In this document: positions 1-12,516 of the stretch, one piece after another
Numbering within the stretch: position 1 is the first letter of the stretch
Layout of the letters: each line of letters opens with the position of its first letter
Assembly: GCA_964016885.1 (NCBI GenBank)
Contig: OZ024740.1
Location: 76,756,001 to 76,820,000 of the forward strand
Length of the DNA stretch: 64,000 bases
Reading direction: 5' to 3'
Source of the DNA: Eledone cirrhosa
Lineage: Eukaryota
The notes under the pieces: generated by a model
The model's input: the letters and a program-made list of their open reading frames with translations, nothing else
Told to the model about the DNA's origin: nothing
Databases searched by the model: none
Made by a program: the position numbers and the translations under genes

Positions 1-5
1 TTAGA

Positions 6-215
6 CTTAGCTCCGTTTAATTGATTATTTGTCTAGTTAATTGCTACGGACTAAGAGGAAAGACTAGGTAAATTTTGTCTGACTGTTCCTCACAGAGGAA
101 AGTCTGTAACATTTATCTGTTATTTCTTCAAAGTTACATTTTAAACTTAGCTCCGTTTAAATGATTATTTATCTAGTTGATTTCTACGGACTAAGGAGGA
201 AAAGAATTGGATAAA
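6..215. repeat. Short direct duplication (about 65 bp, period about 140 bp)
   Basis: acttagctccgtttaa(t/a)tgattattt(g/a)tctagtt..ctacggactaag at 6-53 and 146-195. Confidence 0.8.
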
Positions 216-216
216 T

Positions 217-251
<35 letters not shown>

Positions 252-264
252 ATATTCCAATAAT

Positions 265-417
265 TGTTTCTACTTTTGGCACAAGGCCATCAAATTACCT
301 AGTACATTGCTAGTATTTTATTTTATCGACCCCGTAAGGGTGAAAGGCAAAGTTAACCTCGGCGGGATTTGAACTCAGACCGTAAAGGGACGTAACTATG
401 CTGGAAAGCATGGCGTC
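265..417 (-). mobile_element. tRNA-derived SINE (Meta-domain-like core), 5'-truncated, with 12-bp target site duplication
   Basis: B-box gagttcaaatccc and core gcctttcaNccttacggggtcgataaaataaa on the minus strand; tattccaataat repeated at 253-264 and 418-429. Confidence 0.85.
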
Positions 418-668
418 TATTCCAATAATGAGCCCATAAAACTTCTCGTAAAAATAGTCTTATATTTATGTCAATCCATGTGAGTGATACATGAAGCATG
501 AGCCGTCAGCTGTCTCATCGAACGTATTTAAAGAGCGGGTCAAATGAGTGCAATCTTATTTGCAATTGAGCTATATATGCAATAAGTTCCTTCTGAAATG
601 AAATGTTGTTTACATTTAACGGACATGAATGTTTCGTGTGCGTATGCACATGGCCACCTGTGCGTGTA

Positions 669-754
<86 letters not shown>

Positions 755-902
755 GTGTGCGTGTGAGTGTATGTGGGGTGTACGTGCATGTGTCCATAAT
801 CTTTCACTATAGATTTAATGTCATAGCTCGAAACTATTCAACAATTTTGGTGAAAAATACCTCGCTGAGACTAATTATGACTTGCACACACACACACACA
901 CT

Positions 903-958
<56 letters not shown>

Positions 959-1074
959 AAAAAGTATTACAATTCATCTATACAAAAGAGTTCATTTTAC
1001 AGTCTCCTTCTCAATACTCAATATTTAATAAGATGAATTTTAATAATACATCGAAACCGGTAATACTTTACATA

Positions 1075-1195
1075 CATTATAAAACTCTTTTTTAAAAGAA
1101 TTGTCCCTCTCATTTTTTCAATAATGTCACTTTGACGAAAGGAAAAATAAAGAAAAACAGACCCTAAAAAATATTTCCGTGCTATTTCCAACATC
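1075..1195. repeat. Short interspersed repeat; reverse-complement copy at about 37475-37612
   Basis: Shared acattataaaac..ttttttaaaagaatt..cctctcat..ttcaataatgtcact and atattt(t)ccgtgctatttc. Confidence 0.65.
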
Positions 1196-1280
1196 CCATT
1201 TTCTCTATAACCATTGTTTTGGATAGAACCTTACTTCCCTTTTCTAATATATATATATACATATATATATATAAATAAAA

Positions 1281-1410
1281 ATTAGAAAACGTCGGGGCCC
1301 GACATCTTACCGTTTCAAAAGCTAGTTCCAGCAGCTAGACCTCAGCCGTCGGGCCCCGGCGTTTTCTAATATAGTCATACTCAAATATCCCAAGTATCAA
1401 GTACTCTGTT
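1281..1410. mobile_element. Small fold-back element with HHR stem III/cleavage-site remnant (family shared with 24294 and 62281)
   Basis: Inverted arms attagaaaacgtcggggcccgac (1281-1303) / gtcgggccccggcgttttctaat (1348-1370); cagct-agacctc-agccg-tc motif; tail aagtatcaagtactctg. Confidence 0.6.
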
Positions 1411-1639
1411 GAATAATTAGTCTAACTAGTTTAATACTGTTTAATCCTGGAATATATGTTTTGCCAACACTCCAATAGACAAATATAAGCTCTTTATAAA
1501 CAATAATTTTGTGTATAAAAAAGAGGTTGTAAATCGGAAAACAAAAAGCCCTGTTAGCGGACAGATGTCCGAGGCGGTGGCGGACGATATACAACAACTC
1601 TTGGTGACTGGTGAGCAGTGCTGCAAAAATCCGATAACA

Positions 1640-3560
1640 GCAGCTCTGGGACTATACGAGGTGCATATCGTCCGGTTTTGATGGTCTGCGCTGTGAGTTT
1701 TACGTAGATATGTCAGACGTGTTTTCCATCTCTTCGAAACTGTCTACTGCAACTGACAACAAAATGGGAGAATTCCCAGTTCTGTGAGACGGGGCATAGT
1801 AACGCTGATGAGAAAAGACGAGAATAAGGGAGAGGTTATTGATAATTTCCGGCACATACTTCTGCTAAAGACAGAGTTTAAGATTTTGCCCTAGGTGTTA
1901 GTGAAAGGTTTGACGCCTGTCGTCGAAGATTCGGTTTGGAAGGCACAAACTTACACAATCCCGACCAGGGTTAGGAGTAAACCTGGTTTCGCTGGGGCTC
2001 TGATCACTTTAGATAAATCGAAAGCCTTCAATACGGTCGACCATCGATACCCGGAGGCTGTCTTCAAAGCAGCCAGTTTCAGTCGCGTTTTCAGAGGCTG
2101 GATGACTGCAATGCGCAACGGCATCTGTTCGGGGAGCAAAGTAAATGGCCACCTATCGGAAGGGTTTCCGTCAAGGTTGACCTCTTTTCTCTTTCTGTAC
2201 GTGCTGAGTCTGAAGCCATTAAAGCGGAAGCTTGAGCTGCTGTAGCACTTCAAGACAAAGTCACCGTGATGTCAAATACTTCAGAAATTGAAGTGGTTGT
2301 AAACTTCTTTGAAGAATATGAAACGTTGACCGGAGCCCAAATCTTTCCGAATAAGTCTTGTGTTTGCAGCTTGGCGTCTGGAGAGACAAACCCATGCCAT
2401 TCTAAAACATCATGGGGCGTTGATCGGACGAACCGAGCAAGTTGCTCGGGGTCTGTTTCGGTCCGGACCTCCAGATGGATAGGAACTGGGACGAGGTAAC
2501 GAGCAGGGTGGTTACTTTTCCAAAGAAATGGGCCGAGAAGAGATGGCTAACGCGTACATTGCTTTCGTCATCTATTACCGCCTAACCGTCATGCCCTGCC
2601 CTAGTCCACGCCTCATTGGATTGCAACGTCTGCTCTTTCACACCTGGCGAAAGGGATAGGTTACATTGGTCAGGTGGTCCATCTGCTGCCAACACCCCTT
2701 TGAATGTTGTTAAGCGTTCATCACAGCCCCCTATCAGTCGGACAATTCCGTCAGTGGAAATTACACGTTAGAATTCTATAGATGACTAGTGGTGTGCAAG
2801 TTTGACGACATTCTCGGGGAGTCTCTAGACGTCGACGAGAGCGAATTATCCTGTGTGTTCCGGAGGACCTTTGGTCCAGGGCCTAAGGATAACTTCCAGA
2901 AATTTCTGGCCAGGCGGAACTGACCGAGATGCGCGCAAAGCAACGAAATCGTTTTGCACGCATCTATTAAGTGTAGGCATTGCTGACTTATGGAGTTTTG
3001 TCGTGAAGGAAGAATCCGGCTATCAACTGAGTCCATTGTGAAGATCGCCCTGTCATCTTTTGGGGGCCTAGAAGGACAGGCAGTTTGCCTCTCTCTGGTG
3101 TCTATGGCAAAAGTGATTATGTGCTGGATGTGACTAAAAGCACTGAAGACAAACATATTCCTCTTCGAACAAGCCCTCATCAACTTTTTCAAGCTGGAAC
3201 AGAAGGTAAGGGTGGGGAGGAAAATGTTGCACCTCAGTACACTTATTAAAATGCGTCTGAATATAGCGAGGATGGTTCGAGTAAATTGGCCTACTCTGAG
3301 CATGCGTTTGCAGGCTCGAAATTTTAGTGAGTTGATGGGCACCGTTCTAGGGTGATCTTGGTAATTAGGGTGGTTTAAAATCTGTTTTCTTCCCAAACTA
3401 ACCCTGGGTGATGATCCCTCTCCTCAATTGGCGAATTCTGTTGTTATTTATTTCTTGTTAATTTTTACCTGTTTTTCTTTGTTTACACATTTTCTATACC
3501 CAACCCCACTATTCCCGTTCTTATGTTTCGGCCCTAGTGACCAATCAAAAAGGAATTATT
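1640..3560 (+). pseudogene. Degraded Tx1-clade LINE (RT to 3' UTR), older relative of the 15.5-18.9 kb element
   Basis: Frameshifted peptides PGFAGALITLDKSKAFNTVDH, LYVLSLKPLKRKLELL, FGPDLQMDRNWDEVT match the 15788-18874 protein; similar 3' end ccctagtg..aat..aaaag. Confidence 0.9.
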
Positions 3561-4419
3561 ATTTTCATTCCCCTTTTTGAGGTATCCTTAATTTTTCTTC
3601 AAAACATTGAACAGGAAAAGCTTTTGAAATAATTCCAGTATTTCGTAATTAATATTAATATTCATTAAAAATTATTTAATATGATTTATCTCAATTTTTG
3701 TTTAATGAAATCTTTAGTGAGTACTGATTGATTCGTATCAAATTATTTATTTCCGCTGTATCATATGTTTTCTTGCTATAGGGAAGCATATTACTTTTCT
3801 ATCATAATATCCACCTCATATGAGAAACTGTGGTTTAGCCTCACTACCGTTTGTCTTATAGACCCTTCGTTGAATTTCGGTGTTAAGACTACACTAAAAC
3901 ATCTGGCAGACAGACTTGCTGTCTGCTACCGCTGCATATACTATCTACTCCAAAGGCTTCCTCTTGGAACCAGCAAGCTGGATAGCACTTCATCTTGGCT
4001 AACACTGCACAGCATACATCACTTCTCTTTTATCACCTAGACGCAATAACCCCTATTCAATCCTTCCTCTATAGATCGTCAATCCACTAAAATTCATATA
4101 TAACTATATTTTCCTGCGGACATCGACAAACATGTCAATGTCAGCAGAGGGCCTATGAAGATGATGAACACTCTCACCTACTCCTCATTGAAACATTAAA
4201 ACTATCTTTTAACAAATAAGATCTCATTGCAGTAGCGACGATAATATAGTCTAAGTAGTTACTAGTTCGTCATTTGACAGTATTGACCTAAAGTTAGCGA
4301 AACTTATTCAACATCTACAATTTAAAAAAAAAGCAAACTTACACGGGCCATCAATGATCAAATTCATGCGCATACCATGGTGAAACGAACATCATAAACA
4401 CTCAGCAACCAACCTTCAC

Positions 4420-4620
4420 ACCTGAAATATATACAATCGGAAAGCAAAAAATGTTCCGCAGAAATCAAAGGAACGATTGAGATAGTGAGAGAATCTATGC
4501 CAAACGTATTCTCAAGAAGCCTTAATATCAAAACTAGGAAAAGATAGTTTTCTTTATTGTCCACTCTACTATTTGGAGCTGAAACATTAACGATGGTGAT
4601 ATTAAATAGATTTGAAGCCG
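4420..4620 (+). pseudogene. Short RTE-like LINE remnant (region C-terminal to RT)
   Basis: Peptide traces CSAEIK and LLSTLLFGAETLT resemble the LLYG(A/C)E(T/S)W motif. Confidence 0.4.
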
Positions 4621-4738
4621 CTGCTGTGTGTGTATGTGTATGCACGCAGTCACACACAGAGAAAAACACACACACACATATGTACTGTGCCGTTTGTTTT
4701 GTTATTTTTGTTATTTCTGTTTATCTTTTACACACACA

Positions 4739-4844
<106 letters not shown>

Positions 4845-4959
4845 CTTTATCAAGGCCAATTTTTAGTCTTTTTACTCTGGAGTGTCTCCTATTCAGACAA
4901 TAGCACTCATTTTCCTTACCGTCAGTATTAAGGAAACATACGAATATATATATAGAGGG

Positions 4960-5245
4960 TTGGGGGTAAAGTCACCCTTCGTAACACGAATGACCGTGCG
5001 ATTTGCACCTAGAAATTTCCCGTCCGAACACAAGACCGGGCAAGGTTGTTTGTCGAAGACCTGCACTCCCCCATGCATACAATTCTCCCCTCTTCATGTC
5101 ACCGAAAGAGGAAAGCCAAAGACTAATACACCAGCGGACTCACAACAGCTAAGCTAACTGGAGCAATGTGAAATAAGTGTCTTGTTTAAGGATACAACAC
5201 ACCACCCGGTTCAAAAATCGAACTCACAACCTCACGATTGAAAGC
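4960..5245 (-). mobile_element. Second SINE family (tRNA head, CORE-like central block, LINE-like tail)
   Basis: Minus strand has B-box-like gtgagttcgat, then gtgttgtatccttaaacaagacacttatttcacattgctcc; the tail gcacctagaaatttcc is shared with 27088-27338. Confidence 0.6.
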
Positions 5246-5298
5246 TTGAGAACATCGGTCCAAAATCTCATTTCCGTCTTTTTAAGACATTAGTATAT

Positions 5299-6089
5299 GG
5301 GCTTAGTTAACAGATTATGCATAATCTGTAAACTAAGCCCCCATATTAACTGTAAAACTAGAAACGTAATATATAGCATAAGATGTACTGAAGGACAATG
5401 TAAAGATAAGAATATAGTGTAGATAGGTGAGACAGCTCGTAGTATAGGAGAACGGTTAAATGAACACTGGCGAGAACTTCAAGATAAAAAAGAATAATCA
5501 ATATTCCACAAACATGCTAAAATAGAACATAAGGGCAAATTAGAGAACATAGAAATAAAAATAGAATCTACACACAGAAAAGACGCAATGTTTAGACAAA
5601 TCACAGAGGCTATAAACATAAATGAACTCCAACCAAAATTAAATAGAAAACATGAATGGAATAGCAACATCACAACTTACAATTAAGGACAAAATGAAAA
5701 CACACACACACATAGAACAAACAACCAACCAGTAACATGTAAATAAACAAATAAATAAATAAATAAAAACATACACAGACACCCGGATGTAACACATGCG
5801 CAAACTAAGGACACAACACACACAAAAACAAGATGGCGTAGGACAGAAGAAAGGAGAGGCACAAAACAAAGAAAAGAATCCCCAGTCACTGAAGAGGTCA
5901 CAGAATGTGTGACGATAGAACTTTGACAATATATGACCAACCGTCCGGTTATGGAACCAACCAAACAACCGGAAATTTATAAATTCTTAAATTTATAAAT
6001 TTAATTTATAATAAATTGGAGTGAAAGCAACTGGTGCGTGTGTTTTTTATTGGCAACATGACCCCCCGCCCCCCAAGCATAACAATATA
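5299..6089 (+). mobile_element. 5'-truncated Penelope-like element (GIY-YIG end, 3' UTR/pLTR with HHR) with 5' fold-back
   Basis: NCKTRNVIYSIRC..IGETARSIGERLNEHW..MFRQITEAININELQPKLNRKHEW; close match to 33661-34980; 5' palindrome 5299-5340; ends taacaatat into (TA)n. Confidence 0.9.
5885..5927 (+). ncRNA. Type I hammerhead ribozyme, decayed (GAAA to GATA)
   Basis: GTCA CTGAAGA g GTCACA gaatg TGTGAC GATA gaac TT TGAC. Confidence 0.7.
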
Positions 6090-6261
6090 TATATATATAT
6101 ATATAAATATACACTGGTGTTTATGATTGTGTATAGAAGATTATATTAACAAAAGGAATTCCAACTTTGTCTGATTTACTCGTTTTATTTACAATCCTTT
6201 AAACTGTATAATGGTATTAGAATGAAATAGTATGGTAGAATATTAAATGTTAGGTGTTAAT

Positions 6262-6300
6262 TGAACAAGTACTTTCATGCTTTCGCAATCTTCAGGTTCA
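6262..6300 (-). ncRNA. Minimal type I hammerhead ribozyme (mirror copy)
   Basis: Exact reverse complement of 6374-6412. Confidence 0.8.
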
Positions 6301-6373
6301 TATTGTGTGGTGACAGTCAAGTTTGCAATTTTCAACAGTTGAAAATTGCAAACTTGACTGTCACCACAGAATA

Positions 6374-6412
6374 TGAACCTGAAGATTGCGAAAGCATGAA
6401 AGTACTTGTTCA
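6374..6412 (+). ncRNA. Minimal type I hammerhead ribozyme
   Basis: TGAAC CTGAAGA t TGC gaaa GCA t GAAA GTAC TT GTTCA: stem I 5 bp, GNRA-capped stem II, palindromic stem III. Confidence 0.8.
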
Positions 6413-6527
6413 ATTAACACCTAACATTTAATATTCTACCATACTATTTCATTCTAATACCATTATACAGTTTAAAGGATTGTAAATAAAACGAGTAAAT
6501 CAGACAAAGTTGGAATTCCTTTTATTA

Positions 6528-6615
<88 letters not shown>

Positions 6616-6981
6616 CTCCTAAAATAATATACTAATGTCTTTAAAAGGCGGAAATCAGATATTGGACCGATGTTCTCCAGCTAAGACATTGATCACAGTT
6701 TTCTACAACCATTCTTGACTTCCGGTTAAACAATAACAATAACAACAACAATTTTGAAATATTTCTTCGTCGGCGTATCTTTGCAGTCATCAAAACCTGT
6801 CTAAATCTCTGTAATACACATAAAGGTTTTACGTTTTAAGTTTAGAATATTTTTAAGCATTTGTGTTTCGTCTACTACTGAAGCTCAGAATCTCAACATT
6901 TTTACATTTTTAATCATTAAATAGCTTATAATATTAGTCAGAATTGATGACTTTACACACTTTTTTGTCTCAAAGAAATTA

Positions 6982-8270
6982 TCTACTTATATATATAACC
7001 AGCAATTTCTCTGTCTGTCTGTCCGACAGTGGAAATACGTGCGTAGAGAGAGAGTGAGAGTGAAAGAAAGAGACAGGCTACGAGAGGGGGGTAGCGGGAG
7101 GGAAAGAGGGAGAGAGAGAAAGTGAATAGACGCTAAAACACGTGCTATAGAAACATTACCTTCCCCTCTCCACTGACTTTGGTCACTGAGGTTGCTATAG
7201 AGACACCTTGCACAAGCCAGAAGTAACCAGTTCGAGGCGGTTCTGACTTGACTCCATGCGAAGAAGGTTGACATTGAATTTGTGGTTGTTGCTGCTGATA
7301 ATAAGGAACATTTGAAGAAGGTTGCTGCTGATGAGATAATTTATTAATCAGATTGCGCAGTTCCATAACCTACGTTTGATTTGTTCAATTTTTTCTTCAA
7401 TTTTTTTTGTTGTCTTTTTTTATTTCTTATTGAAAAAATATAAATAATAAAATAAGGTTAGAAATTTAAATAAAATTAAATACGATTTAAATTCCAGCAG
7501 CCAATGTCCAGTGTTCAATTTCATGAAAAAATTGGAAATAATTCAAAAAATTGAAGTTTAACTTTTGAACATTTGTTTTGACAATAAAAAAATATTTCCT
7601 TATTCACACCTAATGGTATGATTAACATTTCATAGGAATATTTTTTTCTAACCGCCAGTTATTTAAATATTATTAAAAATTAAAAAAAAAAAAAAAAATG
7701 GAAGATTTTGTGGATTTTTTTACCACCTTCCAAGCCTTAAACACTAATTCTTGCGAATTTGTGTTTTGTAATGACCCTCAGGACGCTGCTATTGTTGATT
7801 CCAATAGTGCCTGGTATTCGAATATGTTAGTATACAATTTTTTGAATAAAATTAAGGCGCAATTAGAGCTGCCAAACAAAATTTTTTCGGCTTCGGCCCA
7901 TATTATATATATATATAATGGGGATGATGATGATGATATACATAGTTACATATGTATATGTAATCTCCTTATAATATATAACCAGCAATTTCTCTGTCTG
8001 TCTGTCCGACAGTGGAAACACGTGCGCGCGTGCGAATGTGTTTTGCGCACGCGTAGAGAGAGAGTGAGAGTGAAAGAAAGAGACAGACTACGAGAGGGGG
8101 ATAGCGGGAGAGAGGGAGAGAGAGAGTGAATAGACGCTAAAACACGTGCGCGCGTGCGAATGTTTTTTGCGCACGCGTAGATAGAGAGTGAGAGTGAAAG
8201 ACAGAGACAGACTACAAGAGAGGGATAGTGGGAGGGAGAGAGGGGGGGGAATTGAGGAGTGCTACAGAAA
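6982..8270 (+). mobile_element. Two Helitron-like 5' termini with a duplicated GA-rich block
   Basis: tc..tatatataaccagcaatttctctgtctgtctgtccgacagtggaaa at about 6982 and 7964; same style of start as the Helitrons at 8513 and 49022; no 3' hairpin-CTAG assigned. Confidence 0.5.
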
Positions 8271-8470
8271 CATATATACATTTCTGTGTGTGTGTAATAT
8301 ATATATATATACACACACAGAAATATATATATATACACACAGAAATATATATACATTTCTGTGTGTATAATATATATATATATACACACAGAAATATATA
8401 TACATTTCTGTGTAGGTAATATATATATACACACAGAAATATATATACATTTCCGTGTGTGTAATATATA
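8262..8470. repeat. Minisatellite made of palindromic units
   Basis: Repeated acacacagaaatatatatacatttctgtgtgt separated by (TA)n. Confidence 0.85.
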
Positions 8471-8512
8471 TATATACTAGCAGAAAACCACCCGGTGGGT
8501 GGTTTTCTGCTA

Positions 8513-9094
8513 TCTCTATATATAAAACTGAGGATGTCTGTCTGTGTGTGTGTGAGTTTGAATCCCTAAAACTAGAGAAGCACCTAACCGACTGTTTTCA
8601 AACTTTACACATTTTAATACTTATGTTTCAGGGAGTGTTCTGAGCAAAAAGATTTTCAAATTTTCTATGTCCTAGGGACCGCATTAGGGGATTTAGCGAT
8701 CTCTCTCTATAATTCTTAGTCTTTCTCTTTTTAGATAGATACATACATATAACGTCACGCCCTTATAATATCTGTCTGTATCTCTGACTGTCTGCATTAC
8801 GTCACTTCCTACAATTCGCTCCGCGCCCTTATAATATTTGTCTATATGTCTGGCTGTGTGCTTCCTCCGGTTATTCTGCCACCCTTGCTCAAGACAAATC
8901 TCACACTCATTCCCCAAACAGTTGGTAAGTGCACACAACTTCTTCCTCGCGTTTTAAGCCACAGTGTTGCCTACTTACGTACTACCAGACCCTTACTTCT
9001 TTGCCAGCCGTGGTTGTGGCAATACTAAGCTTAGCTAAGGCGGTTATATATTTCACAATACCTTATCCCGTGCAACGCCGGGTACCACTGCTAG
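8513..9094 (+). mobile_element. Non-autonomous Helitron
   Basis: 5' TC(tc)tatatataaaactg, 3' hairpin cccgtgcaacgccggg then CTAG; inserted between A and T. Confidence 0.85.
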
Positions 9095-9531
9095 TATATC
9101 GATAAAAGAATATCTGCTCTAGACGTATAGAAACATGGCTTTATGAACTTCATCTTGATGTGTGTGTGTGTTTGATTTGAATTGGACTCAAGAGACACGG
9201 GGCACTGAAAACCCTTTCTCTATAAATGATATATTTTTAACCCCAAAGAGAAAAAAAATGGGTTTTGCCTGCTGATTTGAACTGTTTGTCTCTTTTTATA
9301 GCTTGCTATCACATGACCGGAGAATTTTAGAATGTTCTCTGGATAAAGAGGGAGTTGGACATAATAGTTTGGCAGATTACAACGATGGGCGAAATCAGAA
9401 CTACAAGTATATCACCCAGAAAGAGAAAGGGTTTCAGTGGACAGCCAAATCCTTTTATTTTATAAGTGTATGTAGAATGATGATTACTTCATCTTGTTAG
9501 AAGACAGACGTCCCATTATTCCTTATTCAAT

Positions 9532-9707
9532 GTTTTATCGACCCCGTAAGGATGAAAGGCAAAGCTAATCCCGAAGTTAGCTTTCCCTTTCATCCCTAGG
9601 GGGTCCATAAAATAAAACAGCAGTAATGCATTGGGGTCAATTTAATCGATTTTTCCCTCCCTAAACATTGCTAGCCTTGTGTCTATAGTAGAAGCCATTA
9701 TTTATTA
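9532..9707 (+). mobile_element. Meta-like SINE fragment with 5' inverted duplication
   Basis: ttttatcgaccccgtaaggatgaaaggcaaagctaa (9533-9568) mirrored by ttagctttcccttt catccctagggggtccataaaa. Confidence 0.8.
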
Positions 9708-10027
9708 TTCAATGAATCTCGGTTTACTATCGTTCACACGTATGTTTTGAGATTACTTTTAACACCAGCTGCTAATTTACAGTGTCTAGATTGTAACTGA
9801 CAGACAAAACGCAGCATCTCAACAGGATTAGTTGAATCTGTTTGCGTGAGATGATATTCTTATGCTTTATCAAATGCCTTTGTAGTCCAATTTTGGACAT
9901 AGTCACTTTGCCGGACACAGCACGGGAAGTGGTTTGCAGACGAAAAGGTTAGAAACTGGTACCTATAAGATGTTTTTTGTAAGTATTAGTGCGATTATAT
10001 GATTCAGTTTTCGAAAGAAAGGCACAT

Positions 10028-10175
10028 TATAATTATTTCTAACGTAGGCACAAGATCAGTAAATTGGGGTGAGGGGAATGTCTATAAATCTACTTCTTGA
10101 CTTGACTTGTACTTTATTTTATGGACCTTCAAAACGGTGAAAGGCAAAGTTGACCTCGGCGAGATTTGAACACAG
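10028..10175 (-). mobile_element. Meta-like SINE, diverged
   Basis: gtactttattttatggaccttc..tgaaaggcaaagttgacctcggcgagatttgaac. Confidence 0.75.
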
Positions 10176-11067
10176 TACATAGAAATCAAAACCACTGATA
10201 CTGCATATCCACTGACTTACAGCTACATTACAATAGAATTAATAACTGGAATCTTAGTTCGTTGAAACAAATGAGAAATGCTTAGTTTTTTTATTTTATT
10301 CATTTATTAATTTATTAGATTTATTTCCATATTTTCTAGTTGGAGTATAACTGAGACGATGGAAGTTTATTATATAAGCTGCTGAAGATGATTATTGGTG
10401 TGGCATATTGAGAGACAGAAAAAAACATATAGGGGTGATTATTTAAGACCTTCAACAGGGATCTACATCACGTTCTTGAGGATATAATGGATCGCAAATA
10501 TATTTAAGGAACCAGTATTCGGTGTAATAATCACAGAGGTGTAATAATCACAAAACGTCAGCAACTTCTTGGCGCCGCGATCGCACCCACATGGCTACTT
10601 TTCTAATGAGGTTGGGCTCTGTTACTGTATTTACATATACTTAAGGAAATCCTGTCGCCAAGTTAATATAATTAAGACACGTCTGTACATTTCTATGAGT
10701 GTGTGTATATATGTATGTGTGTGTACATATGTGTGGGCACATAAAATAATATACATATATATACATGTATTAATTGATAATCACATGTGCGTTTATTGAT
10801 TGATATGATTTTGTGTGTGTGTATATGTGTACATATGTACGGATGTATGTGTCTAACATTGATTGATATTTAAGTATCTGCATTGAATGATAAATGTATA
10901 TGAGGAAATTGGTGTATGTTTTTATATGAATGTATGTGTATCCGTGTATATACAAACATTTATATACACATATCTCTTTCTCTCTATATATGTATAGTGA
11001 GATAGATAGAGAGAGTGGGAGAGAGAAAAAGAGAGAGAGATATGTAAACATATATATGTATGTACAC

Positions 11068-11193
<126 letters not shown>

Positions 11194-11241
11194 AGAGCGA
11201 GAGAGGGAGAGAGAGAAAGAGTGTGACAGAAAGAAGGAGAG

Positions 11242-11333
<92 letters not shown>

Positions 11334-11764
11334 AAACAGAGCGAGTGCGTGCCTCGCTATCTGAATATGGCAAGTGGGCAAAAAAATCCAATCAATCGCC
11401 GAAATACCTTTTAAGCATGTTCAGGTAACGGAAAGCAAACAGGGGTGATAACTCCTGTTCTTTTTCAGACAATGCAGTTGGAGTAGACCTTGTTTATACG
11501 CCAATTTCTTAAACAGCGACGGATATGGCATCAACATATTAAATCTTTTCAACAATGAATAGTCACTTTGTAAATTGGAATGAATGAATGAATATAGTCG
11601 GATATAGATATAGGAAATGTTGAAATGTAGAATGCGCAAAATATGTGTCATTAAAGCGTGAGGGTAAAATCATTGAGGGAGGCAATCTGCACAAATATAT
11701 ACATAGAAATACAGCGTCACTGTCTGAATATGGCGAATGATGAGGAAAGAGCTCCAATCAGCGA

Positions 11765-11827
<63 letters not shown>

Positions 11828-11830
<3 letters not shown>

Positions 11831-12238
11831 GAGGGTAATCACAAAAGTAAGGTCTCCAAAGCGATGGGGACGCAGAGAAACTGTTCGTATGGCTGTTGGC
11901 AACATTGTTGTGATTGGTGCTTCCTTCAGTCCCAAACAAGCATGCGCGCGCTTCGCTGGGATGCTCAATCTTGGCTTGGCAGCCATTGAGGATGGAGCTC
12001 CCATTGAACGCTACCGCCAAGTGCGAATTTAGCGCAGTTATTTTATAGAGGCAATCCCGAAAGTAAGGTCTCCTTCCGAGGAAAACATGCGTAAAGATCG
12101 GCGGATCACTCTGGATGCTCTCTGCATTTTGGTTCCTGGGGTTTCCCGAAGCACCATCCACAGGATTTTAACGGACAAGTTGCAATATCGGAAGTTGCAA
12201 TATCGGAAGGAGACCTTACTTTTGGGATTGCCCTCGTA
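11828..12238 (+). mobile_element. Internally deleted mariner (Tc1/mariner) element
   Basis: 30-bp TIRs (11828-11857, 12209-12238), TA flanks, HTH remnant RKDRRITLDAL..VSRSTIHRILTDKLQYRK; extra internal TIR copy near 12046-12073. Confidence 0.9.
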
Positions 12239-12259
12239 TATATATATATATATATATAT

Positions 12260-12450
12260 AAGTTTATCGCGGGTTCAACCGGGGGTAACCTCAGTAAGTA
12301 AGGTACATAGCAGAGTATAAATATTGAATATATTTAATATAGAAATGGCTTATACAGGACTAGAACTGTTTCATGCGGGAGAAATCATCAGGGCTTCCTG
12401 ATGATTTCTCCCGAATAAAACACTTCTAGTCCTGTAGAAGCCATTTCTAT

Positions 12451-12460
<10 letters not shown>
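12260..12460 (-). mobile_element. HHR-bearing fold-back element, family A copy 1
   Basis: Arms 12334-12392 / 12397-12456 plus tail; plus arm reads GGCTTC CTGATGA tttctcccgaat AAAA CAC ttctagtc CTG TA GAAGCC; minus arm retains GAAA CAG. Confidence 0.85.

Positions 12461-12512
<52 letters not shown>

Positions 12513-12516
<4 letters not shown>

Larger units (their letters stand above)
6105..6532. mobile_element. Near-perfect 391-bp palindrome (195-bp arms) plus an unpaired tail of about 37 bp; Penelope pLTR-like fold-back
   Basis: 6142-6336 is the reverse complement of 6338-6532 (I see about 2 mismatches), 1-nt centre at 6337; flanked by (TA)n and (TG)n. Confidence 0.9.

Noticed and set aside
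70-116. tgt ctgactg ttcctc aca gag gaaa gtctg ta aca as a possible hammerhead
   Set aside because: The core is not CTGANGA and stem III does not pair.
1020-1070. GAAA CCGG TA atac motif
   Set aside because: No upstream core; it may be a decayed HHR but is unsupported.
1805-1815. CTGATGA matches here and at about 7328, 10381 (CTGAAGA), 26575 and 29011 (CTGAAGA)
   Set aside because: No compatible stem II-GAAA-stem III; chance 7-mers, one inside LINE coding sequence.
3765-4220. Possible very old GIY-YIG/PLE 3' remnant (KTTLKHLADRLA; atgaagatga..tcattgaaac)
   Set aside because: Too degenerate to support by eye.
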